64,000 nt of DNA. It comes from Candidatus Omnitrophota bacterium (lineage in GTDB: Bacteria; Omnitrophota; Gorgyraeia; Gygaellales; Profunditerraquicolaceae). The translations under genes and the position numbers were made by a program. A model generated the notes under the pieces. The model did no database searches and had not been told where the DNA came from. It saw nothing but the letters and a program-made list of their open reading frames with translations. Below, one piece after another: positions 38,310-47,015 of the stretch (within the stretch, counting starts at the first letter, position 1; each line of letters opens with the position of its first letter). The stretch lies in NCBI GenBank assembly GCA_043800555.1, contig JAZDMX010000021.1, forward strand, positions 29,905-93,904. Direction: 5' to 3'.

Positions 38310-39014
38310 TTACCTTTGCCTGGTTAAGCGTTTTTTCATCTCCAGGGTATAAGGGATACCGCCAACCCCTTTGATTTTAACGGGGATCCTGAGATTATCC
38401 GTGCTTATCCAGATCTCGAATTTCTCCGGCTTACTGGTAAAATGATACGTTTTAAATTTACCCGCGGGCACCCTGATTTCTTCGATGGACGTTAATTTAA
38501 CCGTATATTCACCGGGCAGGATTACATTGAAAGCGCTCCCGATCTTTAACCCCGGGGCCCCGCGCAAAGAAAAAGGGACAAGGATTGCGTTTTGTATCGG
38601 GCCTTTTCCTTTTACCAGGTACTCTTCGACTTTTTTGCCATCCTTAAGCTTAGTCAGCCTAAAGCTGTTTTGCGCAGGGAAATATTCTTCGGTGATATTC
38701 TCATCATGGAACCAGATAGAAATATAGCGCTTGACCAAAATAGGCAGATGCGTATCCGCTTGGCTTAAAATTACCTCTTTATCCTTAAACCCGGCTACGT
38801 CGGTTTTAAAAATTATCAAATTTGCTTTTTGTCCGTGGAATTCAGTAGGGCCAAAATCCTGATATTCGCAAGTTCCTAACCCTAGGGGCCTTATATCATA
38901 GAAAATTGTTTCTAACGGCTCCTGGGCAAAACTAAAACCCGCAAGTAAGAAAATAAAAGACAGGTAGCTGGCTAAGTAAGCTAATATTTTTACCGGCTTA
39001 ATTATGATTTTCAT
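38310..39014 (-). CDS. hypothetical secreted beta-rich protein (DUF3108-like)
   Basis: Signal/anchor MKIIIKPVKILAYLASYLSFIFLLAGFSFAQ; 234 aa; tentative family assignment. Confidence 0.35.
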   Translation of the reverse strand: MKIIIKPVKILAYLASYLSFIFLLAGFSFAQEPLETIFYDIRPLGLGTCEYQDFGPTEFHGQKANLIIFKTDVAGFKDKEVILSQADTHLPILVKRYISIWFHDENITEEYFPAQNSFRLTKLKDGKKVEEYLVKGKGPIQNAILVPFSLRGAPGLKIGSAFNVILPGEYTVKLTSIEEIRVPAGKFKTYHFTSKPEKFEIWISTDNLRIPVKIKGVGGIPYTLEMKKRLTRQR

Positions 39015-39080
39015 GCGTTCATTATAGGTATAATGGATTAATATATCAAGAATATTTTTCCCGGCTAAAGGAAATAAAAT

Positions 39081-39126
39081 CCCCCCTTTTTTTGCGGAAA
39101 TTTAACCGAAAAAAAAGGGGGGGATG
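39081..39126. terminator. Homopolymer-rich hairpin (ATCCCCCCTTTTTTTGCGG / CCGAAAAAAAAGGGGGGGAT); bidirectional terminator
   Basis: An inverted repeat with C6T7 and A8G7 tracts between the last gene of the ABC-2 operon and the next gene. Confidence 0.5.
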
Positions 39127-39153
39127 CCTTTGAAAAACGTAGCGCTAAACGGG

Positions 39154-39447
39154 TTATTTTGGCATAACCGGCTTAATCGCCCTGTGTTCCATAGCGCCAC
39201 CCATCATCAAACCGCGCTGCTTACCAGATAGCATATTCATCCTCTCCATCATGCAATACCTGTTGGCGAGGCCCTTATTCAGGACTAACACCGCGCAAAT
39301 CCAAAGCAAGGCCGCGATAACATACCCAAAGGCCTTAAGGGCCTTGAAATCGCTTTTTATGGCAAACAGTAAAACAAAGAAGCTAACCGCTAAAAGAATA
39401 ACCGCCTGGACCAAGCCAAACACTCCGTCACCGATTCCCATGCACAT
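39154..39447 (-). CDS. small membrane protein with a Met-rich C-terminal tail (hypothetical)
   Basis: 97 aa, two TM segments, C-terminal MMERMNMLSGKQRGLMMGGAMEH; last gene of the ABC-2 exporter operon. Confidence 0.35.
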   Translation of the reverse strand: MCMGIGDGVFGLVQAVILLAVSFFVLLFAIKSDFKALKAFGYVIAALLWICAVLVLNKGLANRYCMMERMNMLSGKQRGLMMGGAMEHRAIKPVMPK

Positions 39448-39479
39448 TTTTCCCTCCTTTCGTTATGAACATCCGCGTT

Positions 39480-40607
39480 TTAGCCCAAACTCTTTCTGAA
39501 TTTGAGCGTGCTTATAGAAATAATGATAAAACCTATAATTAAAAGCGGGGCAAGCTGCGGCCAAAGGACATCAATGCCTACGCCCTTTAAGAATAAACTT
39601 CTGACAACCACCATAAAATAGCGTAAAGGGTTAATAAAGGTAAACCACTGGATCAATTGCGGCATATTAGCTATAGGGTAAGCAAACCCGGACAAAAGGA
39701 CAGCCGGCATATAGAAAAGGAAAACCGACATCATTGCTTCCTGCTGGGTGGAAGAGACCGTGGAGATAAACAGGCCGATTCCTAAAGTAGTAAATAAATA
39801 AACACAGGTAGAAAGCAGCAGTAAAAGCAGGTTCCCTCTTAAGGGGATATGGAACCAAAGCACCCCCAATATAGTTATAAGGATGATCTGCGCCAATGCG
39901 ATTATCCCGAAAGGAAAGAGTTTGCCGGCAATAAGCTCAAGCGGCTTAATCGGGCTTACGATCAGCTGTTCCATTGTGCCGATCTCTTTCTCTTTTACTA
40001 TGGCCATAGCAGTCAACAAAAGCGACATCATGGTTACGATAGTCGCGATTACTCCCGGAAGATAATAATCCCTCGAGATAAGGTTTCCGTTAAACCAGGC
40101 CCGGTCTCTTAGGTCAACCTTAGCCGTGTTATTTGTCCATCCCCGGGCTTCTGCCTGCTCTTTCAATAAATCAAGCTGGTAATCGCCTACGACTGTATTG
40201 GCGTAACCCATAATAACCATAGCCGTGTTTGAATCCGTACCGTCAAAAGCAAGCTGTATAGACGCGTCTTTGCCGGCGTTAATATTCCTGCCGAAACCGC
40301 GGTCAATATGAATAACCACGCTGGCTAGCCCCTTATCAAGCATTAAATTCTGTTCTTTATCGCTAAAAATATAATGCTCTGGCACAAAATACTTGGAGTA
40401 GGTAAACCTGCGCAGAAGCTGGCGGCTTTCTTTAGTGTTATCGCGGTCAAAGATAGCAGTTGGGACATAATTAATATCTTTGTTTGCGGCATAGCCAAAC
40501 AAGATAATCTGCAAAAGAGGAGTAACAAAGATTACCGTCTTCATCCGGGGATCGCGGAAAATCTGCTTGAATTCCTTGATCAGGATCGCCCTTACCCGCT
40601 CCAGCAT
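39480..40607 (-). CDS. ABC-2 type transporter permease (YbhR/YbhS-like)
   Basis: 375 aa, N-terminal cytoplasmic segment then a large periplasmic loop and a 6-TM ABC-2 domain. Confidence 0.75.
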   Translation of the reverse strand: MLERVRAILIKEFKQIFRDPRMKTVIFVTPLLQIILFGYAANKDINYVPTAIFDRDNTKESRQLLRRFTYSKYFVPEHYIFSDKEQNLMLDKGLASVVIHIDRGFGRNINAGKDASIQLAFDGTDSNTAMVIMGYANTVVGDYQLDLLKEQAEARGWTNNTAKVDLRDRAWFNGNLISRDYYLPGVIATIVTMMSLLLTAMAIVKEKEIGTMEQLIVSPIKPLELIAGKLFPFGIIALAQIILITILGVLWFHIPLRGNLLLLLLSTCVYLFTTLGIGLFISTVSSTQQEAMMSVFLFYMPAVLLSGFAYPIANMPQLIQWFTFINPLRYFMVVVRSLFLKGVGIDVLWPQLAPLLIIGFIIISISTLKFRKSLG

Positions 40608-40608
40608 C

Positions 40609-41751
40609 CTAAGCCACCTTCTTTCTAAACCGGCCGATTGCCAAACCCAGCATTATTAAAGCGAATAATAGCAGAAAAAGCGCCTCGTCCCATAAGGCGT
40701 ATATCGAACCGCCCTTAAGGAACAACTCTCTTAATACTACTATATAATAACGCGCGGGGATTAAATAGGTAATGGCTTGGATTGCTTTCGGCATATTAAA
40801 GATAGGATAGATAAACCCGGATAAAAGCATAGTCGGCAGCATCGTTGTCAAGGTTGCCATCTGGCTGGCCATTAATTGAGTACGGGCAACCACAGAAATT
40901 AATATTCCTTGCGACAAAGCGCCGGTTAAAAAAAGCGTGCTTAAAACAACAAGGAGAAAATAACTGCCCCTGAATGGCACGCCAAACAAAAACTTAGCCA
41001 TAACCACCCCAACGGCAAGATCAAAAAAACCGATAGCGAAATAAGGCGCAAATTTCCCCAGGATAAGCTCATGGGCCTTTACGGGAGTAGAAATCAACTG
41101 CTCCATTGTCCCCCTCTCCCACTCCCGGGCAACACAAATGGAAGTAAGCAGGCCCGCTATAATCATAATGATCATCGCGATGACCCCGGGAACAATAAAC
41201 CAGGTGCTGACCAAACCCATATTGAACCAGATGCGCGAACGGGCATCTATGGAACGAGGTTTTTGCAAGCCGTAAGCGGCAAATGTATTAGCCAGTAAAT
41301 TTACGTTGTAGTTTGAGACAACTGAACGCACGTAATTCATAGCGATAGTAGCGGTATTGGCATCGCTGCCGTCCACGATTAGCTGCAAAGGCGCCGGCTT
41401 AGCGCTTTCCAGGTAATGCGAAAAGTCTTTGGGGATGACCATAGCCATAAGCACGTCCCCCCTGTTAATCATACGTTCAATATCGCGGTAGTTATCGGTA
41501 TAGCCGATTATTTTGAAATATTTGGAATTCTTGAAATTAAGCAGGAAATCGCGGGTAAGCTTGCTGGAGGCGTCCTGGTTCCAAACTATGGTGCGGACAT
41601 TATCTATGTCCAAAGAGAGCCCGTAGCCAAAGATCAAAAGCAGGAATATCGGTATCGCCAGGGCCAATACCAGGCTGCGCGCATCGCGCCTGATCTGGAT
41701 AAACTCTTTCCAGGATACCGCCTTAACCCTTTTTAAGCTCTGACTTATCAT
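40609..41751 (-). CDS. ABC-2 type transporter permease (YbhS/YbhR-like)
   Basis: 380 aa paralogue of the adjacent permease. Confidence 0.75.
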   Translation of the reverse strand: MISQSLKRVKAVSWKEFIQIRRDARSLVLALAIPIFLLLIFGYGLSLDIDNVRTIVWNQDASSKLTRDFLLNFKNSKYFKIIGYTDNYRDIERMINRGDVLMAMVIPKDFSHYLESAKPAPLQLIVDGSDANTATIAMNYVRSVVSNYNVNLLANTFAAYGLQKPRSIDARSRIWFNMGLVSTWFIVPGVIAMIIMIIAGLLTSICVAREWERGTMEQLISTPVKAHELILGKFAPYFAIGFFDLAVGVVMAKFLFGVPFRGSYFLLVVLSTLFLTGALSQGILISVVARTQLMASQMATLTTMLPTMLLSGFIYPIFNMPKAIQAITYLIPARYYIVVLRELFLKGGSIYALWDEALFLLLFALIMLGLAIGRFRKKVA

Positions 41752-42679
41752 AATTTTCTATTGAACAGACAAATACGTCCTCCAGAGAAGGAGGAATTTT
41801 CTCTACGCTGAATTCACCGGCTTTTTCTTTTTGCAGGTATCCTTTTATCGCCGGGATAGCTTGGGAGCTATCATAAACAACGGCATGGATGCTGGCCCCA
41901 AAAAGCGCGGTTTCCTTGATCCCGTCGATTTTAGAAACCTTCTCCAGCCAATCCTGAGAATTGCTAATGCAGATTTCAAGCACTTCATCTTGCATGCACC
42001 CGGTCTTCATTTCCGAGGGGGTCCCCATGGCAATGATCGTGCCATGGTAAATTAAAACCATACGGTTGCAATTTTCCGCTTCATCCATGTAGTGCGTGGT
42101 GACAAAAACAGTCACCCCTTGGCTGGAGAGTTTTTTAATGACATCCCAAAAATTGGCGCGCGTTATCGGGTCTACTCCCGAAGTCGGCTCATCAAGGAAT
42201 ATAATCTTTGGCTTATGGATAAGCGCGCAACCCAAAGCCAAACGCTGCTTCCATCCTCCGGCTAAAGTCGCAGTGAGGTTCGACTCCATACCTTCTAATC
42301 CGGCAGTTTGAACAGTCACTTCAAAACGTTCTTTCTTCTCCTTCGCGGGGATTTTGTATATGCCGCTGTAAAAATTTATATTCTCCGCTACGGTAAGGTC
42401 GTTATAGAGAGAGAACTTTTGCGACATATAACCGATATTTTGCTTAATCTTATGCTGTTCTTTGATAATATCAAAACCGGCTACCTGCCCCGAACCTGAA
42501 GTAGGAGAGATAATTCCGCAGAGCATCCGGATAGTCGTAGATTTACCCGCGCCGTTTGGCCCAAGGAACCCGAAGATCTCGCCTTTTCCCACTTCGAAGT
42601 TTATACGGTTTACCGCGGTAAACTCGCCGAATTTCTTCTCCAGGTTTTGCACGCTGACTGCTATGTTTTCAGTAGGCAT
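41723..42679 (-). CDS. ABC transporter ATP-binding protein
   Basis: Walker A GPNGAGKST, signature LAGGWKQRLAL, Walker B IIFLDEPTSGVDP. Confidence 0.85.
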   Translation of the reverse strand: MPTENIAVSVQNLEKKFGEFTAVNRINFEVGKGEIFGFLGPNGAGKSTTIRMLCGIISPTSGSGQVAGFDIIKEQHKIKQNIGYMSQKFSLYNDLTVAENINFYSGIYKIPAKEKKERFEVTVQTAGLEGMESNLTATLAGGWKQRLALGCALIHKPKIIFLDEPTSGVDPITRANFWDVIKKLSSQGVTVFVTTHYMDEAENCNRMVLIYHGTIIAMGTPSEMKTGCMQDEVLEICISNSQDWLEKVSKIDGIKETALFGASIHAVVYDSSQAIPAIKGYLQKEKAGEFSVEKIPPSLEDVFVCSIENYDKSELKKG

Positions 42680-42683
42680 ATTT

Positions 42684-43457
42684 TTATACGGAAGAGGCTT
42701 TTCTGGAGTCCTGGGTTATTACATTCGGTACCGATTCATATTCTTTGATTATCTTGATAAACGCCTCTTCGAGAGTCTTGACGTTGCATTCCTTTTTAAT
42801 CTTATCGGGAGGATCGCAGCGCAAAAGCCTTCCTTTATGCAAAAGCCCTACCCTACGGCAACGCTCGGCTTCGTCAAGATAGCAAGTAGAGCAGAATATG
42901 GTAACTTTTTCTTTCAACAACTCATAAAGTATGTTCCAGAAATCCCTGCGGGAAACCGGGTCCACGCCATTGGTGGGCTCATCGAGGAACAAGACTTTCG
43001 GCGTATGTATAAGCGCGCAGGCTAACCCCAGTTTTTGCTTCATCCCTCCGGAGAGTTTACCGGCAAAACGCTGTTTAAAAGGCAAGAGGCCCGAAAAACC
43101 AAGCAGCCGGTCAATCGCCTCCTGGCGCTTCTCCTTGGCCACCCCATAGATATCAGCGTAAAAATTGATATTCTCCAAAACGGTTAAATCCTCGTAAAGC
43201 CCGAAACGCTGGGACATATAAGCTATATGATCTTTCAGGCTCTCGGATTCGTTTTTAGTGTGTTTATTGCAAACCAAAGCCTGTCCTTGGCTGGGGTCCA
43301 GGATTCCGGTTAAAAGGCGCATGGTTGTGGTCTTTCCGGCGCCGTCAGGGCCGACTAATCCAAAGATTTCCCCCTCTTCAACCTCGATGTTCAGATTGTC
43401 GAGAGCTGTCAGCGCCCCGAATTTACGGGTAAGATTTTCGGTTTTTATGCTAACCAT
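42684..43457 (-). CDS. ABC transporter ATP-binding protein
   Basis: Walker A GPDGAGKTT, signature LSGGMKQKLGLA, Walker B VLFLDEPTNGVDP. Confidence 0.85.
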   Translation of the reverse strand: MVSIKTENLTRKFGALTALDNLNIEVEEGEIFGLVGPDGAGKTTTMRLLTGILDPSQGQALVCNKHTKNESESLKDHIAYMSQRFGLYEDLTVLENINFYADIYGVAKEKRQEAIDRLLGFSGLLPFKQRFAGKLSGGMKQKLGLACALIHTPKVLFLDEPTNGVDPVSRRDFWNILYELLKEKVTIFCSTCYLDEAERCRRVGLLHKGRLLRCDPPDKIKKECNVKTLEEAFIKIIKEYESVPNVITQDSRKASSV

Positions 43458-43594
43458 AATTTATTTTTCGATACTTAATCACTAAAATTCCGGAGCCAAG
43501 CGAAAATCCTGCTTGGACCAGTTACCCGGTTGGCTCCGAAGAAACAAATGGCCATTAGCCATAAAACATTAAACGCGGGCAATGCGCATAGACC

Positions 43595-44431
43595 TCATTG
43601 AATTATGATGTAGGCATCCGCGGGCATCCCGGGTTTTAAATCCAGGCTGGAGTTATCGACCCTGACCTTTATCCGGTAAACGTACTTCACCCTTTCTTCG
43701 CTGGTCTGGATATACTTAGGAGTAAACTCTGTCTGGGACGATATGAACGAAACCCATCCGTCATACTTCTTACCCTTATAACTATCTGTCTGAACATGCG
43801 CTTTCTGCCCCAGCTTGACCTTACCCAAATCGGTCTCATTAATATAAGCGGTAACCCAGATATTCCCGAGATCAACGGCAGTAAAAACCGGGGTACCCGG
43901 CTGCACTACCTCCCCGGCTAAAGAACTCTTTACGAGGATATAACCGTCAAGAGGGCTGGCTAAATCCGCCCAGCCTAATTTTGTATTGGCCAACTCTAAA
44001 GACGCGCGCAATTGCTTAATATTTGCCGAATCCGTGTCCATTTTTGTCTTGGCGCTATCGCGCTTTTGGGCTGAGATCGCTCCGGCCTTAAGCAAATTCT
44101 CGGCCCTTACATAATCATCGTAATCAAGCTTATACTGATACTCCGCCAACTTTAAAGCTGCTTCCGCTTCAGCCTGGACCTTACTTAGTTCATCCTTCTT
44201 AAGACGGGCTACGATATCGTCTTTCTTGACGACCCTCCCTTCGTCCGTTAAAAGCTCTTCGATTTGGCCTTGCACCCTAAAAGACATCCGGACATCATCC
44301 CCCTCTATGTTACCCGAAACTTTAATTGTTTTCCCATTAGCGTTATGCTCTTGAAATATGAAAACAGCCGCCGCTACCGCCGCGATAACCAGGATTAACG
44401 GTATGACTATAAATCTTATTCTTTTTTTCAT
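43595..44431 (-). CDS. HlyD family secretion (membrane fusion) protein, YbhG-like
   Basis: N-terminal TM anchor, coiled-coil and beta-barrel MFP architecture. Confidence 0.7.
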   Translation of the reverse strand: MKKRIRFIVIPLILVIAAVAAAVFIFQEHNANGKTIKVSGNIEGDDVRMSFRVQGQIEELLTDEGRVVKKDDIVARLKKDELSKVQAEAEAALKLAEYQYKLDYDDYVRAENLLKAGAISAQKRDSAKTKMDTDSANIKQLRASLELANTKLGWADLASPLDGYILVKSSLAGEVVQPGTPVFTAVDLGNIWVTAYINETDLGKVKLGQKAHVQTDSYKGKKYDGWVSFISSQTEFTPKYIQTSEERVKYVYRIKVRVDNSSLDLKPGMPADAYIIIQ

Positions 44432-46014
44432 TTTACCTCCCTGATAAAACTCCTGCCCATAATCCTATCCAGCCTTGCCTGCGCCATAAGGTAATCGTAG
44501 ATGCCCTCGGCAAGGTTCTTCTCCACATTAGCCAGGGAAACCTGCGCATCAAGCACATCCAGATTTATGCCTACTCCGTTATTGTAACGCACATAAGAGA
44601 TATTTAAGGCCTCTTTTGCGTCCTGAAGGTTGTCCTCCTGAGATTGTATTATAGAAGACGCCTGGGCAAGGTCAAGGCAGGCCTGCCTTATGTCAACCGC
44701 AACCTGGTCGGCAAAACTCTCTTTCCCTAAGACCGCCTGCTGGTAACGGGCCCTGGCGGCATCGACCTTGGCCTTGGTTGAAAACCCGTCGAATATAGCC
44801 AGCCGCACGGCAAAACCCACATTCCAATTATTATGCCGGTTATTAAACATATCCCCTAAGTTATTGGACTGATAAGAATACCCGGCATTGGCCTCAACCT
44901 GCGGTAGCCAGCCTGCCCGGGCGTATTTAATCGCCCATTTACCCATATCAATCCCCAAAGCCTTTAGAATCATCTCCGGGTCATTCAGGTAAGCCTCCCT
45001 CAAGAAATCCTCTTCCTTTATTTCAAACGGATCATAAAACAACCGGTCTTTGATAACCACTTTGCCGCTTACTTTTAACCCCAATAGCTTATTCATTTCC
45101 GCCATAATCAATTTTATGGAATTTTCAGCGTTAATTAACTGCGGCAACAAAAGGGAAACCTGGACCTTTGACTGCAAAACATCAAACCTGGAAGATGTGC
45201 CCTGTTTGAAATTATTGTTTACTTCTTCATAATGGCCCTTTGCCTGCTCGACAAGGTTACCCGCGATGCGCCTTGTTTCATAGGCAAGAAGCAGCCCGTA
45301 ATAAAGCCTCTTGGCTTCAAGTTCAACGTTGAGCCTGGTGGCCCGCAGGGTTTCATTTTGCTCTTTCAAGCCGACTCCTGCCTGCCTCAAAGCGGCTATA
45401 TTTGCGCCTCCGCTATAAATAGTATCGCTTACGCTTAAGCCCATATTATTGTTATTTTTATAACCGGTAAACACCCCGATGTCCTTCTTGGTAACAGCGG
45501 TGCTGCTTAAAACCGCGCCGTTATGCGTATAGCCGGCATCAAAATCTAATTTTGGCAGAAAGGCGCTTTTTGCGCCCAATATATCCGCGCTAGCCACTCT
45601 CAGGGAATACTCCTGCATCTGGATATCTTTATTATTCTTGTAGGCTATTCCAATGGCATCCCGTAATGAAAAAAGCAGGAGTGTTTCCGGTTTATCCTCC
45701 TGGCAAAATCCGTTATTAGCATACGGCAGAAGAAAACCGCAAACAAAAACGATTACCGCGAATTTAGAGGCCTTGCGGACTATGCTTTTAAATTCCTTGT
45801 AAAAAGGGTAGCTTGTATTGGCGCTAAAGAAACGTGCCCCTGCCCTGTAATAACTCTGCAAGACCCCCTCCTTTTGAAGATTATAAAGCGTCCGCTGAAA
45901 AACACCCGGTTTGGTCTTTAAGAGCCTGCCTAGCTCCTGGATGTAAAATTGCTGCCCGGGGTGAGAATAAAAAAGCCCCAAAAGTTTCAGGGTATTTTTC
46001 GAGAATTGTTTCAT
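44428..46014 (-). CDS. TolC-like outer-membrane factor with an in-frame N-terminal winged-HTH domain (fusion or missing internal start)
   Basis: Start at MKQFSK (RBS AGAGGA). Residues about 1-85 form a wHTH (IQELGRLLKTKPGVFQRTLYNLQKEGVL). A signal-peptide-like segment KFAVIVFVCGFLLPYANNGFC and TolC repeats follow with no ATG/GTG/TTG in between. Confidence 0.6.
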   Translation of the reverse strand: MKQFSKNTLKLLGLFYSHPGQQFYIQELGRLLKTKPGVFQRTLYNLQKEGVLQSYYRAGARFFSANTSYPFYKEFKSIVRKASKFAVIVFVCGFLLPYANNGFCQEDKPETLLLFSLRDAIGIAYKNNKDIQMQEYSLRVASADILGAKSAFLPKLDFDAGYTHNGAVLSSTAVTKKDIGVFTGYKNNNNMGLSVSDTIYSGGANIAALRQAGVGLKEQNETLRATRLNVELEAKRLYYGLLLAYETRRIAGNLVEQAKGHYEEVNNNFKQGTSSRFDVLQSKVQVSLLLPQLINAENSIKLIMAEMNKLLGLKVSGKVVIKDRLFYDPFEIKEEDFLREAYLNDPEMILKALGIDMGKWAIKYARAGWLPQVEANAGYSYQSNNLGDMFNNRHNNWNVGFAVRLAIFDGFSTKAKVDAARARYQQAVLGKESFADQVAVDIRQACLDLAQASSIIQSQEDNLQDAKEALNISYVRYNNGVGINLDVLDAQVSLANVEKNLAEGIYDYLMAQARLDRIMGRSFIREVK

Positions 46015-46026
46015 CGGCATTCCTCT

Positions 46027-46093
46027 ATATTCATAATGCATATAGTAATATTCATTTGCATATAATTATATGTATTTAACATACAAATGTCAA
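46027..46093 (-). promoter_or_regulatory. Consensus sigma70 promoter (-35 TTGACA 46088-46093, 17 nt, -10 TATAAT 46065-46070) with two direct operator-like repeats TATATTCATAATGCATATA / TATTCATTTGCATATA downstream
   Basis: Read directly from the sequence. The repeats lie between the -10 and the RBS/start of the wHTH-TolC gene and match the arms of the 48-bp palindrome at 46882-46929. Confidence 0.55.
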
Positions 46094-46160
46094 GGCATTT
46101 AATCGGAACTTCCCCGGGTTCCTGGCAAACTCTTTCCCCTGCCCATTATTCAACTAAAAA

Positions 46161-46262
46161 CTAAAAAAGGGGGCGCGGAAAAAGGGGGACGTTTCTACTT
46201 TTCTGGGGCTCAGCTTGGAAAAGTAGAAACGTCCCCCTTTTTTCTCCAACGCCCCTTTTTCG
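46161..46262. repeat. Conserved palindromic element, copy E, nested inside an outer GC palindrome (AAAAAAGGGGGCGCGG ... CCAACGCCCCTTTTTCG)
   Basis: GAAAAAGGGGGACGTTTCTACTTTTC-tggggctcagcttg-GAAAAGTAGAAACGTCCCCCTTTTTTC, lying between divergent genes. Confidence 0.7.
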
Positions 46263-46362
46263 CTTACTAGCGGATTTTGGCGCAGCGCGCCATATTAACT
46301 AACAGCATTTAATACTTGAAATCCGTTCATTTAAAAGTATAATACTGGCTTAGGAGGAAAAT

Positions 46363-46827
46363 ATGAAAAAATTATTGGTTGGCGGTATAGTTTTTTTTGT
46401 TTTTATTCTCGGGCTCGGAAAATTAGCTTATAGCGCAACATTAAACATCGAAGAATTAGTTGATAATTTCTATAAAGCGACTGACCTGCAAAAGGAACAG
46501 ATAGTAAAGGACAATTTAGGCAAAGATATTTCCGCCGGGGCCCAAGTAGATAACGCGGGGGAATACGATTTCTTTGATACGAATAGCGATATTAAAGGCA
46601 CTTATTATCAGGTTACCGCCGTCCCCCAGAAAACGAAAGACAACATAACCTACCAGTTGATTTTCCTCTTTAAAGACAAAGATACGGCAAAAGATATTGA
46701 TAAAGGCCAAAAAGTGCAAAAAGACGGCCGGATCATACGGATACTTGACGAACGGCTGCAGATTTCGGTTTGGATTTTTTGCGGCGAGTTAACCGATAAG
46801 GACAAAGCGCTTTTTAACCAGGGTTAA
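46363..46827 (+). CDS. hypothetical secreted protein (154 aa)
   Basis: RBS AGGAGG, signal peptide MKKLLVGGIVFFVFILGLGKLAYSA; the second plus-strand gene. Confidence 0.45.
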   Translation: MKKLLVGGIVFFVFILGLGKLAYSATLNIEELVDNFYKATDLQKEQIVKDNLGKDISAGAQVDNAGEYDFFDTNSDIKGTYYQVTAVPQKTKDNITYQLIFLFKDKDTAKDIDKGQKVQKDGRIIRILDERLQISVWIFCGELTDKDKALFNQG

Positions 46828-46881
46828 TGCTTTTTGCTCCCCCCTTTTTCACTACTGCGATAATCATCTCATTATAACTTA

Positions 46882-46929
46882 GCGATATATGCAATATGAA
46901 TATAGTTATATTCATATTGCATATATCGC
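46882..46929. promoter_or_regulatory. Perfect 48-bp palindrome (23-bp arms GCGATATATGCAATATGAATATA / TATATTCATATTGCATATATCGC, 2-nt centre)
   Basis: Exact inverted repeat; the arms contain the same TATATTCATATTGCATATA motif seen in the promoter at 46027-46064. Confidence 0.6.
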
Positions 46930-47015
46930 ATAGGCCGATACCTCCCCGCAAGAAAGTAAAAACCCCTCAAAACAAAAGTGGTCATATCGCCGCGGACACA
47001 AAAACATTTCGATAT

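Noticed and set aside
39081-39126. Phase-variation via the G7/C6/A8/T7 homopolymer tracts
   Set aside because: The tracts are intergenic and form a symmetric hairpin after an operon end. Nothing places them in a coding or promoter-spacer position where length changes would switch expression, so they are treated as a terminator.
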